In this document: piece by piece, positions 30,332-41,975 of the stretch | Position numbering within the stretch: position 1 is the stretch's first letter | Layout: the number at the start of each line of letters is the position of its first letter | Source of the DNA: Candidatus Poriferihabitaceae bacterium | GTDB lineage: Bacteria > Pseudomonadota > Gammaproteobacteria > Arenicellales > Poriferihabitantaceae | Reading direction: 5' to 3' | DNA: 64,000 nucleotides | Assembly (NCBI GenBank): GCA_965208975.1 | Contig: CBDBQH010000003.1 | Span: 1,604,792 to 1,668,791, forward strand | Translations under genes and position numbers: made by a program | The notes under the pieces: model-generated | The model's database searches: none | What the model was told of the DNA's origin: nothing | The model's input: only the letters and a program-made list of their open reading frames with translations

Positions 30332-30413
30332 CCCTCTTGACCTTACTGTCACATCAGCGGCCGAGGCGTTAGGGGTGAGCAGAAAGCTGGATCAATCAAC
30401 AAGGCCAATATGA
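30260..30413 (+). pseudogene. higA: HigA/VapI-type HTH antitoxin remnant, frameshifted at the C8 tract (30290..30297) and truncated at the right direct repeat
   Basis: With 7 instead of 8 C the reading is [42 protein letters not shown], the classic HPGEIL...LGVSR HigA N-terminus. Homology stops at 30377/30378, where the repeat begins. Confidence 0.6.
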
Positions 30414-30478
30414 CTTAGGCAGGTAGGTCATCGCCGACTCTCCCGGTGCACCACTTCCACCAGCGTTTGCACGCGCTC
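30378..30478. repeat. Right direct repeat (the authentic hemE 3' end plus 50 bp downstream)
   Basis: See the entry for 25161..25261. Confidence 0.9.
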
Positions 30479-31471
30479 GGGGTTAATGCCGGGGTGAATG
30501 CCGTGGCCGAGGTTGAAGATATGTCCTTCGCCCGGGCCGAAGTCTTCGAGTACACGCTTCGCTTCCTGTTCCACCTTGCCATTGGAAGCATAGAGTACGG
30601 TGGGGTCCATATTGCCTTGCAGGGCAACCGCCCCTGCTGTCCTTTTCCTGGCCTCACCCAGTGAGACCGTCCAGTCCAGTCCGATCGCGTCGCATCCGGT
30701 TTGTGCGATTCGCTCCAGCCACCCGCACCCGCCTTTGGTAAACAGGGTCACCGGGGTTGCAGAACAGGCTGGATCCGTTTTCAGCGCGGATACGATTTGC
30801 GCCATGTAATCCAGCGAGAATTTCTGGTAGTCCGGCGTACTCAACACGCCGCCCCATGTGTCGAATACCATGATGGTCTGCGCTCCCGCCATAACCTGCG
30901 CCTTCAGATAGTCAATCGCCGCCGCAGTGATCTTCTGCAACAATCGGTGCATGGTTGCCGGTTGATCATGCATCATACCCTTGACCAGCATAAAATCCCG
31001 GCTCGACCCTCCTTCGACCATATAGGTAGCCAGAGTCCATGGACTGCCGCCAAATCCAATCAGCGGGACTTTACCTTCGAGCTCCCTGCGAGTCATCCGG
31101 ATGGCTTCCATGACGTAGCCCAGTTGTGTTTCTACCTCCACTGCCGGCAATTTTTCGATCTCTGTCGCCGACCGCAACGGGCGTTCAAATCGGGGTCCGA
31201 TTCCTTCATTCAGTGTCAATCCCAGGCCCATGGCGTCCGGGATGGTCAGAATGTCGGAGAAAATAATGGCGGCGTCCAGGTCGAATCTGTGAATTGGTTG
31301 TAGCGTCACTTCACAGGCCAGTGCGGGATTTTTGCACAGTGTCAGGAAATCTCCGGCGCGGGCGCGGCTTTGCCGATACTCCGGCAGGTAGCGTCCGGCC
31401 TGCCGCATGATCCAGATCGGCGTACAGTCAACCGGCTGACGCTTCAACGCTCTTAAAAATCGGTCGTTCAT
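30428..31471 (-). CDS. hemE: Uroporphyrinogen decarboxylase
   Basis: [33 protein letters not shown]... over a 347-aa ORF. Confidence 0.96.
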   Translation of the reverse strand: MNDRFLRALKRQPVDCTPIWIMRQAGRYLPEYRQSRARAGDFLTLCKNPALACEVTLQPIHRFDLDAAIIFSDILTIPDAMGLGLTLNEGIGPRFERPLRSATEIEKLPAVEVETQLGYVMEAIRMTRRELEGKVPLIGFGGSPWTLATYMVEGGSSRDFMLVKGMMHDQPATMHRLLQKITAAAIDYLKAQVMAGAQTIMVFDTWGGVLSTPDYQKFSLDYMAQIVSALKTDPACSATPVTLFTKGGCGWLERIAQTGCDAIGLDWTVSLGEARKRTAGAVALQGNMDPTVLYASNGKVEQEAKRVLEDFGPGEGHIFNLGHGIHPGINPERVQTLVEVVHRESRR

Positions 31472-31550
31472 GGGTTATTCACGGGGTGACAAAGACCGGG
31501 CAAGCCGGGACAGGCTCTTGGGCAGGGGGAGCAAGACTACTGGCGCGGAG

Positions 31551-33002
31551 TTAGTCGGGCAGGTCACTGTGTCCCTGCAAAAACCTATCGACCGCGCGGG
31601 CGCATTGTCGTCCTTCCCGAATCGCCCAGACTACCAGCGATTGTCCGCGCCGCATATCACCCGCCGAAAACACTTTTTCGATGTTGGTCTGATACGCGCC
31701 GATGCCGCTTTCCGGCGCATTGACGTTGCCCCGGTTGTCGCGTTCGATTCCCATTTCCTCAAGCAGCCCGGCATAAACAGGATGAAGAAATCCCATCGCC
31801 AGCAGAACCAGCTCCGCTTTCAGCAGAAACTCCGAACCCTCAACCTCTCTCATCCGCCACTGTCCAGCCACCCGCTCCCAGGCCACTTTGATACATTGTA
31901 TGGATGAGACGCGCCCTTGACCGTCTTCATTGAAGCGCTGTGTCTTGACATCCCAGACACGGTTGCATCCTTCTTCCTGGGACGAGGAAGTACGCAGCTT
32001 GTGAGGCCAGTTCGGCCAGGTCAAAGCCTTGTTTTCCTTCACGGGTGGCTGCGATAATATCTCGATCTGGGTGACCGATCCGGCCTTTTGTCTGATTGAT
32101 GTGCCGATACAATCCGACCCGGTGTCTCCTCCGCCAATGACGACGACATGTTTTCCTTCGGCGTTGATAAATTGACTTTCATTCACCGTGTGTCCCTGCA
32201 CTCTTCGTGTGTTCGCCCTCAGAAAATCCATCGCGAAGTGAATGCCCTCGTATTCCCTGCCCGCTACTTCCAGATCCCGTGGATGCTCGGCGCCCCCGCT
32301 TAAAACGATGGCGTCAAAAGTCTCGAACAGAAATGAAACCGGAATATCGACACCCACATGGATACCTGAATGAAATTTCACGCCCTCGGTTTTCATTTGC
32401 GCCATGCGCCGGTCAATCACCAGTTTGTCGAGTTTGAAGTCGGGGATACCGTAGCGTAGCAATCCACCGCTTCGTTCCTGTTTTTCGTATAACGAAACCG
32501 AGTGCCCGGCTCGGGCCAGCTGCTGGGCACAGGCGAGGCCAGCCGGGCCGGAGCCGACCACGGCCACATATTTGCCGGTTCTGTGGGCCGGAATTTGAGG
32601 TTGTATCCAGCCTTCCGCCCAGGCGCGTTCGACGATACTCTGTTCGATGGTTTTGATCGTAACCGGGCGGTCTTCGATATTCAGGGTACAGGAAGCCTCA
32701 CAGGGAGCCGGGCAGATGCGTCCGGTAAATTCCGGGAAGTTATTGGTCGAATGCAGCACGTCGCTGGCCCGCTTCCAGTCTCCGCGATAAACCAGATCAT
32801 TCCAGTCCGGGATGATATTGTTGACCGGGCACCCGACCTGACAATACGGGATTCCGCAATCCATACAGCGGGCGCCCTGTTTCTTCAGCGCGTTTTCACC
32901 GAGTTCAATGACAAACTCGTTGAAATGGGTCGTCCGGCTTTGAATATCCTCGTATTTGCGTTCCTGGCGCTCAATCTCCATGAACCCGGTCGGCTTACCC
33001 AT
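31551..33002 (-). CDS. gltD: Glutamate synthase small subunit
   Basis: The Cys clusters CMDCGIPYC and CPAPCE plus [14 protein letters not shown]. It overlaps the gltB stop. Confidence 0.94.
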   Translation of the reverse strand: MGKPTGFMEIERQERKYEDIQSRTTHFNEFVIELGENALKKQGARCMDCGIPYCQVGCPVNNIIPDWNDLVYRGDWKRASDVLHSTNNFPEFTGRICPAPCEASCTLNIEDRPVTIKTIEQSIVERAWAEGWIQPQIPAHRTGKYVAVVGSGPAGLACAQQLARAGHSVSLYEKQERSGGLLRYGIPDFKLDKLVIDRRMAQMKTEGVKFHSGIHVGVDIPVSFLFETFDAIVLSGGAEHPRDLEVAGREYEGIHFAMDFLRANTRRVQGHTVNESQFINAEGKHVVVIGGGDTGSDCIGTSIRQKAGSVTQIEILSQPPVKENKALTWPNWPHKLRTSSSQEEGCNRVWDVKTQRFNEDGQGRVSSIQCIKVAWERVAGQWRMREVEGSEFLLKAELVLLAMGFLHPVYAGLLEEMGIERDNRGNVNAPESGIGAYQTNIEKVFSAGDMRRGQSLVVWAIREGRQCARAVDRFLQGHSDLPD

Positions 33003-36000
33003 GTCGAGCCTTCTTGTATTCAGGTTGATTTTCCTGTTCCAGTTTCAGCAGGGCGACTGCATAGTCGCGCGGCAGTATCTTGACAAAGTTCGGGAGACAT
33101 CTTTCCCAGTCATCCAGGACCTGTCCGGCAATCTCGCTGCCGGTATATTGATAATGATTTTCGATGTATTTCTTCAGCCGCGCCTCATCCGCTTCCAGCG
33201 GGTTGTCGATGTTTTCATACCGGCGGTCGGCGTCAACCGGTTCCAGAGATACCAGCTGCTGGTTGCAGCGCACAGAAAAACGCCTGTCCGGGTCCAGCAC
33301 GTAACTGATTCCGCCCGACATCCCCGCCGCAAAATTCCTGCCGGTATCCCCCAGGCAGATGACGACGCCGCCGGTCATGTATTCACAGCCATGATCTCCG
33401 ACCCCTTCAACTACGGCGATGGCGCCTGAGTTGCGTACACAGAATCGTTCCCCCGCCACGCCATTGAAATAGGCCTCGCCGCAAATCGCGCCATACAATA
33501 CGGTGTTGCCGACAATGATATTCTGGCGATGGTCTCCGATTCCAGAATTTGCGGGCGGATAAATGATCAGCTTGCCACCTGACAACCCCTTGCCCACATA
33601 ATCGTTGGCTTCTCCTTCCAGAGTGATGGTAACGCCATTGGCAAGCCAGGCGCCCAGCGACTGCCCTGCCGTGCCTTTTGCATCAATGCGGATGGTATCC
33701 GCCGGCAGGCCATCGTGTCCGTATTTGCGCGCGACTTCCCCCGACAGCATCGTACCGAACGTTCGGTTCACATTGGCGATGCCGATATTGATGCGGACTC
33801 CGGCGCCGTTGTCGAGCGCCGGCGCCGCCTGCCGGATCAATTCCCGGTCAAGCACATGATCCAGGCCATGCTGCTGGGATTCACAGTTGTAAACCGCAAC
33901 ATCGTCGCCCACATCCGGCCTGGCCAGAATGCGGGAATAATCAAGGCCCCGCGCCTTCCAGTGACTCACCGCTTCCGACACTTTAAGCCGGTCAATCCGG
34001 CCGATCATTTCGTTGACGGAGGCAATACCGAGATCAGCCATGATTCTCCGTAGCTCTTCCGCAACAAAAAAGAAATAGTTGATGACATGCTCAGCCTGAC
34101 CGGTGAATTTTTTCCTCAATTCGGGGTCCTGGGTCGCAATGCCAACCGGGCAGGTATTCAGATGACACTTTCTCATCATCAGGCATCCCTGTGCGATCAA
34201 CGGCGCTGTCGCGAAGCCGAATTCATCGGCGCCGAGCAGGGCGGCTACCGCCACATCACGTCCGGTACGCAAGCCGCCGTCCACCTGAACCGCAATTCGT
34301 CCGCGCAGCCGGTTCAACACCAGTGTCTGGTGAGTTTCAGCCAGACCGATTTCCCACGGCGAGCCGGCATGCCTGATCGAGGTCAACGGACTGGCGCCGG
34401 TGCCGCCTTCATAACCCGAAATGGTGACGTGGTCGGCATGTGCTTTCGAAACCCCCGCGGCCACCGTGCCCACACCCACCTCCGAGACCAGTTTCACCGA
34501 AATACGGCTTGCGGGATTGACGTTCTTCAAGTCGAATATCAATTGCGCCAGGTCTTCAATCGAGTAGATGTCATGGTGCGGCGGTGGTGAAATCAATCCT
34601 ACGCCCGGAGTCGAATGACGCACACTGGCGATTTGACGGCTTACCTTGTGGCCGGGCAACTGTCCGCCTTCGCCCGGCTTTGCGCCCTGCGCCATCTTGA
34701 TCTGAATGTCATCGGCATTCACCAGGTAATCCGCCGTAGCCCCGAATCGCCCGGAGGCAACCTGTTTGATTGCGGACCGCTTCGGATTGCCTGACCCGTC
34801 TTTCAGTGGTCGATAACGCTCTTCTTCCTCGCCGCCCTCGCCGGTATTCGATTTCCCGCCAATTTTATTCATTGTGATGGCAAGGGTTGAATGAGCTTCC
34901 CGGGAAATCGACCCGAACGACATGGCGCCTGTGGCAAATCGTTTGACGATTTGCGAGGCCGGTTCCACCTGATCCAGCGGAATGGGGGATGAAGCCCGCT
35001 CAAACTCGAACAGGCCCCGCAGATTGAACAGGGCTCTATCCTGTTTATTGACCAGATCGGAAAACTCCTGCCAGGTTCCGGCATGGTTGGCGCGCACGGC
35101 ATGTTGCAGACGGGATACCGATTCCGGATTCCATACATGATTCTCCCCGCGAACCCGAAACGCATAATCGCCTCCGGCGTCCAGCGCGTCCCGATACAGG
35201 GGCTGTTCCCCGAAAGCGCGCTGGTGCAGGGTAAACATATCTGCGGCAATTTCGTCCAGGCCGATTCCCTGAACCGGCGAACTGGCGCCGGTAAAGTATT
35301 CGTCCACGAACTCTTGCGACAAACCAACCGCGTCAAAAATCTGGGCGCCGCAATAGGACTGGAAAGTCGAGATGCCCATCTTCGACATGACCTTTTTCAA
35401 CCCCTTGCCGATAGCCTTGATATAACGTGACTGCGCCTCTTCGAAGTCAAGCGTCGAAGCAAGATTGCCGAGCAGCGCATTGACCGTATCAAACCCGACA
35501 TAAGGATTGATCGCTTCCGCCCCATATCCGGCCAGTGTCGCGAAGTGATGCACTTCCAGGCAGGCGCCGGTTTCAATCACCAGACCGGATTTGGTTCGTA
35601 ATCCCTTCCTGATCAGATGATGATGCACCGCCGAAGTCGCCAGCAGCGCCGGAATGGCAATGTGGTCGGCGTCCATCCGCCGGTCAGACAGAATCAGGAT
35701 ATTGAATCCTTTTTGCAGGACCGCCTGTTCTGCCTTGCCGCATAAGATCCTGAGCGCTTCAGCCAGCCCGGGCGAACCCTCTGTGACCTGATAACAAATG
35801 GTCAGGGTTTTGGTTCGAAACGCGCCGCCGGTATGATCCTCGATCTGTCGAATACGTTCAAGTTGATTGTTGGTCAGTACCGGCTGCTCAACGGTCAAGC
35901 GCATTTCCTGCCCGCCATCGCTTTGGCCGAACAGGTTCGGGCGGGGGCCAATCAGGGAGAACAGCGCCATTACCAGCTCTTCACGAATCGGGTCAATCGG

Positions 36001-37593
36001 GGGATTGGTGACTTGAGCGAAATTCTGCTTGAAGTAATTGGATAGGTGCCGCGGCTTGTCCGACAGGACCGCCGGCGGCGAATCCATGCCCATGGAACCC
36101 AGCGCTTCCTCGCCGCGCTCGATCATCGGCAACAACAGAAACTTGAGGTCTTCCTGGGTGTAGCCAAAGGCCTGCTGGGTTTTCAACAGGGTCTCCCGGT
36201 CCGGCGACATGGCTCCGACCGCGATACGCAGGGACTTGAGTTCAATCTGGGTGCGGTTCAGCCACTCCTGATAATTATTGGATGAAGCCAGTTGATTCTT
36301 GATTTCCTCGTCTTCGATGATGCGGCCCTGCTCAAGATCGATCAGGAACATTTTCCCCGGCTGAAGCCGCCATTTCTTTTTGATATTTTCTTCGGGTATA
36401 TCCAGAACGCCCATTTCTGAGGCCATTACAACCATATTGTCTTTGGTGATCAGGTATCGCGCCGGGCGCAGCCCGTTGCGATCCAGGGTTGCGCCAATCT
36501 GTTTGCCGTCGGTAAAGGCAACTGCCGCCGGTCCGTCCCACGGCTCCATCAAGGCCGCATGATATTCGTAAAAAGCGCGGCGCCCCGGATCCATCAACGA
36601 ATTGCCTGACCAGGCTTCCGGTATCAGCATCATCATCGCGTGGGAGAGTGAATAGCCACCGGCCACCAGCAGCTCCAGCGCATTGTCGAACGCCGCTGAA
36701 TCCGACTGACCTTCCGGGATTACTGGCCAGACCTTGTCGATATCGTCGCCCAGCACATCCGAGAACAACGCGCTCCTGCGGGCAGCCATCCAGTTAATGT
36801 TGCCGCGCAAGGTATTGATCTCGCCGTTGTGGGCAATCATCCGGAACGGATGCGCCAGCTCCCAGGTGGGGAAGGTATTGGTGGAAAAACGCTGATGCAC
36901 CAGAGCCATGGCGGATTTCATGTCCCGGGCGACCAGGTCCGGATAAAACTCCCCAACCTGGTGGGACAACAGCATTCCCTTATAGTTGATCAACCTCGAT
37001 GACAGCGTGGTGATATAAAAATCATCCTTTCCCCGTATAGCGGACGACTGGATATGACGTTCGATCTGTTTGCGAATGACAAACAGTTTTCGTTCAAAGT
37101 CATCCTGGGTGGCCAGACCCGCTCCGCGCCCCACCACGATCTGCCAGATTGCCGGTTCGGTGGGCAATACGCTCTCACCGAGGTCCGCGTTGTTGACCGG
37201 CGCCTTGCGCCAGGCAATCACGGTTTGTCCTTCGTCCAGCACATAGCGCTCCACCACTCCCTTCGCTTCGGCCTGTCCGGACGGGCAGGCGGGCATGAAT
37301 AACATACCCACTGCATAATGGCCGCTGGCCGGAAGTTCCCGACCAATCCTGCGGCGGAAAAATTCATCCGGTAACTGCAACAGGATACCGGCGCCGTCAC
37401 CCGCTTTCGGATCCGCGCCGACCGCGCCCCGGTGAGTCAGGTTACGTAATATCGTCAGACCGCGGGTTATGATTTCATGGCTTTTTACGCCGTCTATGTT
37501 GACGACAAATCCGACCCCGCATGAATCATGTTCATTCGCCGGGTCGTACAGGCCCTGTTTTCCCGGACGTGATCCGGATCGAAGATGCTGCAT
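32995..37593 (-). CDS. gltB: Glutamate synthase large subunit
   Basis: A 1532-aa ORF with the amidotransferase N-terminus EHDSCGVGF, followed by FMN/Fe-S and GXGXG beta-helix domains. Confidence 0.97.
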   Translation of the reverse strand: MQHLRSGSRPGKQGLYDPANEHDSCGVGFVVNIDGVKSHEIITRGLTILRNLTHRGAVGADPKAGDGAGILLQLPDEFFRRRIGRELPASGHYAVGMLFMPACPSGQAEAKGVVERYVLDEGQTVIAWRKAPVNNADLGESVLPTEPAIWQIVVGRGAGLATQDDFERKLFVIRKQIERHIQSSAIRGKDDFYITTLSSRLINYKGMLLSHQVGEFYPDLVARDMKSAMALVHQRFSTNTFPTWELAHPFRMIAHNGEINTLRGNINWMAARRSALFSDVLGDDIDKVWPVIPEGQSDSAAFDNALELLVAGGYSLSHAMMMLIPEAWSGNSLMDPGRRAFYEYHAALMEPWDGPAAVAFTDGKQIGATLDRNGLRPARYLITKDNMVVMASEMGVLDIPEENIKKKWRLQPGKMFLIDLEQGRIIEDEEIKNQLASSNNYQEWLNRTQIELKSLRIAVGAMSPDRETLLKTQQAFGYTQEDLKFLLLPMIERGEEALGSMGMDSPPAVLSDKPRHLSNYFKQNFAQVTNPPIDPIREELVMALFSLIGPRPNLFGQSDGGQEMRLTVEQPVLTNNQLERIRQIEDHTGGAFRTKTLTICYQVTEGSPGLAEALRILCGKAEQAVLQKGFNILILSDRRMDADHIAIPALLATSAVHHHLIRKGLRTKSGLVIETGACLEVHHFATLAGYGAEAINPYVGFDTVNALLGNLASTLDFEEAQSRYIKAIGKGLKKVMSKMGISTFQSYCGAQIFDAVGLSQEFVDEYFTGASSPVQGIGLDEIAADMFTLHQRAFGEQPLYRDALDAGGDYAFRVRGENHVWNPESVSRLQHAVRANHAGTWQEFSDLVNKQDRALFNLRGLFEFERASSPIPLDQVEPASQIVKRFATGAMSFGSISREAHSTLAITMNKIGGKSNTGEGGEEEERYRPLKDGSGNPKRSAIKQVASGRFGATADYLVNADDIQIKMAQGAKPGEGGQLPGHKVSRQIASVRHSTPGVGLISPPPHHDIYSIEDLAQLIFDLKNVNPASRISVKLVSEVGVGTVAAGVSKAHADHVTISGYEGGTGASPLTSIRHAGSPWEIGLAETHQTLVLNRLRGRIAVQVDGGLRTGRDVAVAALLGADEFGFATAPLIAQGCLMMRKCHLNTCPVGIATQDPELRKKFTGQAEHVINYFFFVAEELRRIMADLGIASVNEMIGRIDRLKVSEAVSHWKARGLDYSRILARPDVGDDVAVYNCESQQHGLDHVLDRELIRQAAPALDNGAGVRINIGIANVNRTFGTMLSGEVARKYGHDGLPADTIRIDAKGTAGQSLGAWLANGVTITLEGEANDYVGKGLSGGKLIIYPPANSGIGDHRQNIIVGNTVLYGAICGEAYFNGVAGERFCVRNSGAIAVVEGVGDHGCEYMTGGVVICLGDTGRNFAAGMSGGISYVLDPDRRFSVRCNQQLVSLEPVDADRRYENIDNPLEADEARLKKYIENHYQYTGSEIAGQVLDDWERCLPNFVKILPRDYAVALLKLEQENQPEYKKARHG

Positions 37594-37685
37594 GAAATTT
37601 GATATGAATTACTCGAATGGCGCTGATTGACAATGAATCAGCCAGCCCGGTCGTCAAACCGGACATTCTAACCATTAATGGAGTA

Positions 37686-38768
37686 TCAATCCAGCGCGAA
37701 GTATGCAAGTGTGTCATCCAGCGCGGTCTCGTCATATTGATCCGTGACACAGGCCTGGCCAATCCCCCTGGGTAGCACAAGCCGCAAATTCCCATCGCGG
37801 ACCTTCTTGTCCAGCCTCATTAACTCTTTCAGCTTTTGCGCTGAAAAACCATGGCATGGCTGTGTCGGCAATCGCGCCCGGCCCAGCAATGATTGCAGAC
37901 GCGCCAACTCCTGATCGGAAAAATCACCTTGTATGTTCGACATGAACCCGGCCATCATCATGCCAAGAGCGATCGCTTCGCCATGCAGCCAGCCAGTGTA
38001 CTGTGTCGCTGTTTCGATAGCGTGGCCGAATGTATGCCCCAGATTCAATAACGCCCGAATGCCTGCTTCCTTTTCGTCCTGCGCGACGATATTCGCCTTG
38101 TTGCGGCAGGATTGTTCAATCATGTATTCCAGCGCCCCTTCATCCAGGGCCATCACCCGGTCGATGTGGTCTTCCAGCCATTCGAAGAACGGCAGATCAT
38201 TGATCATCCCGTATTTGACCACTTCCGCGACACCGGAAGAAAACTGCCTCGGTTCCAGGGTGGACAGAACCCTGGCGTCAATCAACACTCCTTGCGGCTG
38301 GTAGAACGCGCCAATCATGTTCTTTCCCTGCGGATGATTGACCGCGGTTTTGCCACCAACGGATGAGTCGACCTGGGAAAGCAATGTCGTCGGTATCTGG
38401 ATGAACGGGACACCCCGTTGATAGCAGGCGGCGGCGAATCCGGCTATATCGCCTACCACTCCTCCCCCCAATGCGATTACTGTGCCCGAGCGGTCCAGCG
38501 GAACCGCAATCATCCGGTCAAAAATCTCTTCCGCAGTCTGCAACGTCTTGACGCTTTCTCCATCCTTGAGAATCATTTGCCCGACCGACTTGCCAGCCAG
38601 ACTGTTCGTTATTTTATCCAGGTAAAGCGGGGCCACCACTTCATTGGTAATAATAAAAACCTGCTGACCGCCAATCCATGGTCGCAACTGTCCGTGGTCA
38701 TCCAGTATGCCGGGAGCAATCCGGATGTCGTAACTCCGGTCACCCAGATCAACATGAACGGCTTTCAT
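37686..38768 (-). CDS. aroB: 3-dehydroquinate synthase
   Basis: The start at MKAVHVDLGDRSYDIRI (38768) lies 2 nt after the aroK stop. The upstream 68-aa extension of the ORF track is unlikely to be coding. Confidence 0.93.
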   Translation of the reverse strand: MKAVHVDLGDRSYDIRIAPGILDDHGQLRPWIGGQQVFIITNEVVAPLYLDKITNSLAGKSVGQMILKDGESVKTLQTAEEIFDRMIAVPLDRSGTVIALGGGVVGDIAGFAAACYQRGVPFIQIPTTLLSQVDSSVGGKTAVNHPQGKNMIGAFYQPQGVLIDARVLSTLEPRQFSSGVAEVVKYGMINDLPFFEWLEDHIDRVMALDEGALEYMIEQSCRNKANIVAQDEKEAGIRALLNLGHTFGHAIETATQYTGWLHGEAIALGMMMAGFMSNIQGDFSDQELARLQSLLGRARLPTQPCHGFSAQKLKELMRLDKKVRDGNLRLVLPRGIGQACVTDQYDETALDDTLAYFALD

Positions 38769-38770
38769 GA

Positions 38771-39292
38771 TTATTCGCTCGCTGACAGATTGCGAACCCA
38801 CTTCGCAATCTTGCGGGCGGTGCGATTCGCCGCTTCCGAGGCCACCTCGACAATCAAATCCGCTTGCGCGTCGTATAGTGGTTCGCGTTCTTTCATCAAC
38901 TCGGCGATTCTGGCCCGGGGGGCGGAGGTTTGCAGCAGGGGGCGATTCTGGCAATTCTCCAGTCTCGACCACAAAATGTCCACTGAGGCTTTAAGATAAA
39001 CCACTTGTCCATGCTGGCGCATCAGTTTTCGATTCGATTCACTCAGAATAATGCCGCCTCCGGTGGAAATGACGGCCCGGGCGCCATGGCTGATCTCTTC
39101 AAATAATCGGCTTTCCCGCTTGCGGAATCCCGCTTCTCCTTCTATCTCAAAGATATGGCTGATGGAAACTCCTGTTCTCTTTTCGATCATTTGATCTGTA
39201 TCAATGAAGTTCATATCCAGAGACCGGGCCAGACCTCTACCCACGGTGGTCTTTCCCGCGCCAGGCAAGCCAATCAGATAAATATTCTCCAT
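38771..39292 (-). CDS. aroK: Shikimate kinase
   Basis: MENIYLIGLPGAGKTTVGRGLA. The start at 39292 is preferred over the longer ORF. Confidence 0.92.
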   Translation of the reverse strand: MENIYLIGLPGAGKTTVGRGLARSLDMNFIDTDQMIEKRTGVSISHIFEIEGEAGFRKRESRLFEEISHGARAVISTGGGIILSESNRKLMRQHGQVVYLKASVDILWSRLENCQNRPLLQTSAPRARIAELMKEREPLYDAQADLIVEVASEAANRTARKIAKWVRNLSASE

Positions 39293-39420
39293 AACGGCTA
39301 TAATAAACCTTAAAACCGCCCTTTTGAAAGCAGTTTTGTCCATGATATTTCGGGTAAAAGACGCGATTTCAAAGACTTGCATCTAAAGGGATCATCAACC
39401 GTCACTCTTATTCCTGATTA

Positions 39421-41838
39421 TTGTCCGTGCCAATCAGATTTCTGGGAAAAATTGTCCTGAAACTCATCTCGATCGGATTGGTTTTCTCCTTCGCCATGGC
39501 GACCGGGCTGGCTCTTTACGCTGCCTCACTGCTGCCTGGCCTGCCGTCCGTCGATGAGATTCGACAAATCCCCCTGAATATCCCCCTTCGAATTTACAGT
39601 TCCGACCAGAAACTGATCGCCGAATACGGCGAAGAAAGACGTATCCCCGTCACCCTGGATGAAACTCCGCCACTTCTGATAGATGCCCTGCTGGTGACCG
39701 AGGATGACCAGTTCTACCATCATACCGGAGTGGACTTCCCGGGTCTGGCCCGTGCCGCGATCAGCAATTTCGTGACTCGTTCACGCAGCCAGGGCGCCAG
39801 CACAATCACGATGCAGGTGGCGCGAAATTTCTTCCTGGATCCAGAGAAAACCTATACCCGGAAGTTAAAGGAAATGCTGCTGGCATTCAAGCTGGAGCGG
39901 GCTTTGACCAAAGACGAAATTCTGGAGCTCTATCTCAACAAGGTTTTCCTCGGTTACCGCTCTTACGGGTTTGCCGCGGCGGCGCAGATCTATTATGGCG
40001 TTAGTCTTGAGGAACTCAGCCTGCCGGAAATCTGCATGCTGGCCGGCTTGCCCAAAGCCCCTTCCAGAGATAACCCGATAGCCAACCCGGAACGGGCCAG
40101 GGAAAGACGCGCCCATGTTTTGAACCGGCTGTATGAACTCGGCAGAATCGACAAGCTCAGCCTGGAAACTGCCAGCAAGGCGCCCATTACAGCCCGGCTT
40201 CATGTCGCTGATGTTGATTTCCAGGCGCCTTATGTGTCAGAAATGGCGAGACGTCTGCTGTTCGAGCGGATGGGCGAGGACGTTTATCGGAAGGGGTTGA
40301 AGGTCACCGTCACCGTACACAGCGAGTACCAGAAAAAAGCGGATGAGGCGCTGCGGCAGGGGCTCATTGATTATACGATGCGCCATGGATTCAAGGGGCC
40401 GATCGGAAAGGTCGATCCGGCCGCATTGCCCGAAGCCGGTTCCTCCACACAGAATCTGCTCGATAATCTGTCACAATACCCGTCCAGCAGGGAGCTGATA
40501 CCGGCTGTCGTGATGACCGTGGGCGATCAGTCGTTCGAGGCATTCAACAGTCGGGGCAATACCGTTACGGTTGAATGGAAAAACATCCAATGGGCCAGAA
40601 AATATATCCGGGTCAACAGTATCGGCCCTGAATTGAATGCGGTCAGCGACATCCTCGCCACCGGCGATGTCATATATTTGCGGGAAGTTGACGAAAATAA
40701 CTGGATGCTTTCCCAGTTGCCGGAGGTGTCCGGCGCTCTGGTCAGCCTGAATCCGCACAGCGGGGCGATCCTGTCGCTGACCGGCGGATTCGATTATTAT
40801 CTGAGCAAGTTCAATCGCGCCACCCAGGCTGAACGACAGCCAGGATCGAATATCAAACCATTCATTTATTCGGCGGCGCTCGACAATGGTTTTACCCCTT
40901 CCAGCAAAGTGAGCGCTGCGCCAGTCGTCGTAGAAGACGATCTGGAAGGTATATGGAAACCGCAAAACTACAGTAAGAAGTTTTTCGGCCCTACCCGGTT
41001 GAGAAGGGCGCTGAGCCTTTCCCTCAATCTGGTATCCGTCCGCCTGCTCCGCGCAATGGGGCTGGATACGACGATCGAACATCTCGCCCGGTTCGGATTC
41101 GACCCGGAAAAAATGCCCCGCAGCCTCTCTCTTGCCCTCGGCAGTACCAGTGTCACGCCACTCAACCTGGTGTCAAGTTTTGCTGTTTTCGCGAATGGAG
41201 GCTTCCGGGTTACGCCCTGGTTGATCGAAAAGATTGAGGATGCCGAAGGCAACCCGGTTTCCTTGCCCGATGCAGTTTGTGAAGACTGTCCGGATGAGTC
41301 CGGGGAAAACAGTCCGGATGAAACCGAATTGCCCGCCCAACCCCCGGAGCGCGCGCTCTCTGCCCAGAATGTCTTTTTGACGCGGAGCATCATGAAGCAG
41401 GTGATGGTGACCGGCACGGGACGCCGGGCACAGTCACTGAACCGTTCTGATCTGGCCGGCAAGACCGGCACTACCAACAATTTTCGCGATGCCTGGTTTT
41501 CCGGATTCAGTCCGGATGTAGTCACCACGGTTTTTGTTGGTTTCGACGAACCCTCCCATCTGGGCAAGCGGGAGTCCGGGGCGAGCGCGGCCCTGCCGAT
41601 CTGGATAGACTTCATGGGTCGCGCGCTACCGGACTACCCGGAGAAACCCGAAGTCATCCCTGAAAACATAACCACCCGCTTTATCAATCGGGAAACCGCA
41701 AAACCGACCTCGCCGGATGATCCGGACGGGTATCTGGAATACTATCTGGCCGGCACAGAACCCGATGATGTGATCGGTCAGGAGAGTGCGAACCCGGATG
41801 CCGGCGACAGCGAGGAGGCAAACGAATCGCTGTTTTGA
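39421..41838 (+). CDS. mrcA: Penicillin-binding protein 1A (bifunctional transglycosylase/transpeptidase)
   Basis: The glycosyltransferase motifs EDDQFYHHTGVD and GASTITMQVARN and the transpeptidase motifs SNIKP and KTGTT are present. The start (TTG 39421 or GTG 39427) is uncertain. Confidence 0.93.
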   Translation: MSVPIRFLGKIVLKLISIGLVFSFAMATGLALYAASLLPGLPSVDEIRQIPLNIPLRIYSSDQKLIAEYGEERRIPVTLDETPPLLIDALLVTEDDQFYHHTGVDFPGLARAAISNFVTRSRSQGASTITMQVARNFFLDPEKTYTRKLKEMLLAFKLERALTKDEILELYLNKVFLGYRSYGFAAAAQIYYGVSLEELSLPEICMLAGLPKAPSRDNPIANPERARERRAHVLNRLYELGRIDKLSLETASKAPITARLHVADVDFQAPYVSEMARRLLFERMGEDVYRKGLKVTVTVHSEYQKKADEALRQGLIDYTMRHGFKGPIGKVDPAALPEAGSSTQNLLDNLSQYPSSRELIPAVVMTVGDQSFEAFNSRGNTVTVEWKNIQWARKYIRVNSIGPELNAVSDILATGDVIYLREVDENNWMLSQLPEVSGALVSLNPHSGAILSLTGGFDYYLSKFNRATQAERQPGSNIKPFIYSAALDNGFTPSSKVSAAPVVVEDDLEGIWKPQNYSKKFFGPTRLRRALSLSLNLVSVRLLRAMGLDTTIEHLARFGFDPEKMPRSLSLALGSTSVTPLNLVSSFAVFANGGFRVTPWLIEKIEDAEGNPVSLPDAVCEDCPDESGENSPDETELPAQPPERALSAQNVFLTRSIMKQVMVTGTGRRAQSLNRSDLAGKTGTTNNFRDAWFSGFSPDVVTTVFVGFDEPSHLGKRESGASAALPIWIDFMGRALPDYPEKPEVIPENITTRFINRETAKPTSPDDPDGYLEYYLAGTEPDDVIGQESANPDAGDSEEANESLF

Positions 41839-41975
41839 CGGTGCAATTTGACAACCATGCTCCGGGCGGGTTAGACTGGCGCCTTCAAATATGGATAATC
41901 TTTCAAGGGGATGGTTAGTAAGAGGTTGCTTGGGATACACTGACTGCACTGCATACCACTAACACTCGAGCATCT

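Larger units (their letters stand above)
25161..30478. mobile_element. Genomic island (R-M/Vsr/DUF4145 + cargo) at the hemE 3' end, bounded by 101-bp direct repeats
   Basis: 25161..25261 and 30378..30478 are identical except for 2 mismatches. The interior is visibly AT-richer than the flanks and carries defence genes. No integrase or transposase is seen. Confidence 0.7.

Noticed and set aside
25161-30478. A tRNA or tmRNA gene as the integration target of the island
   Set aside because: No cloverleaf-like sequence was seen at either junction. The duplicated segment is clearly the hemE 3' end.
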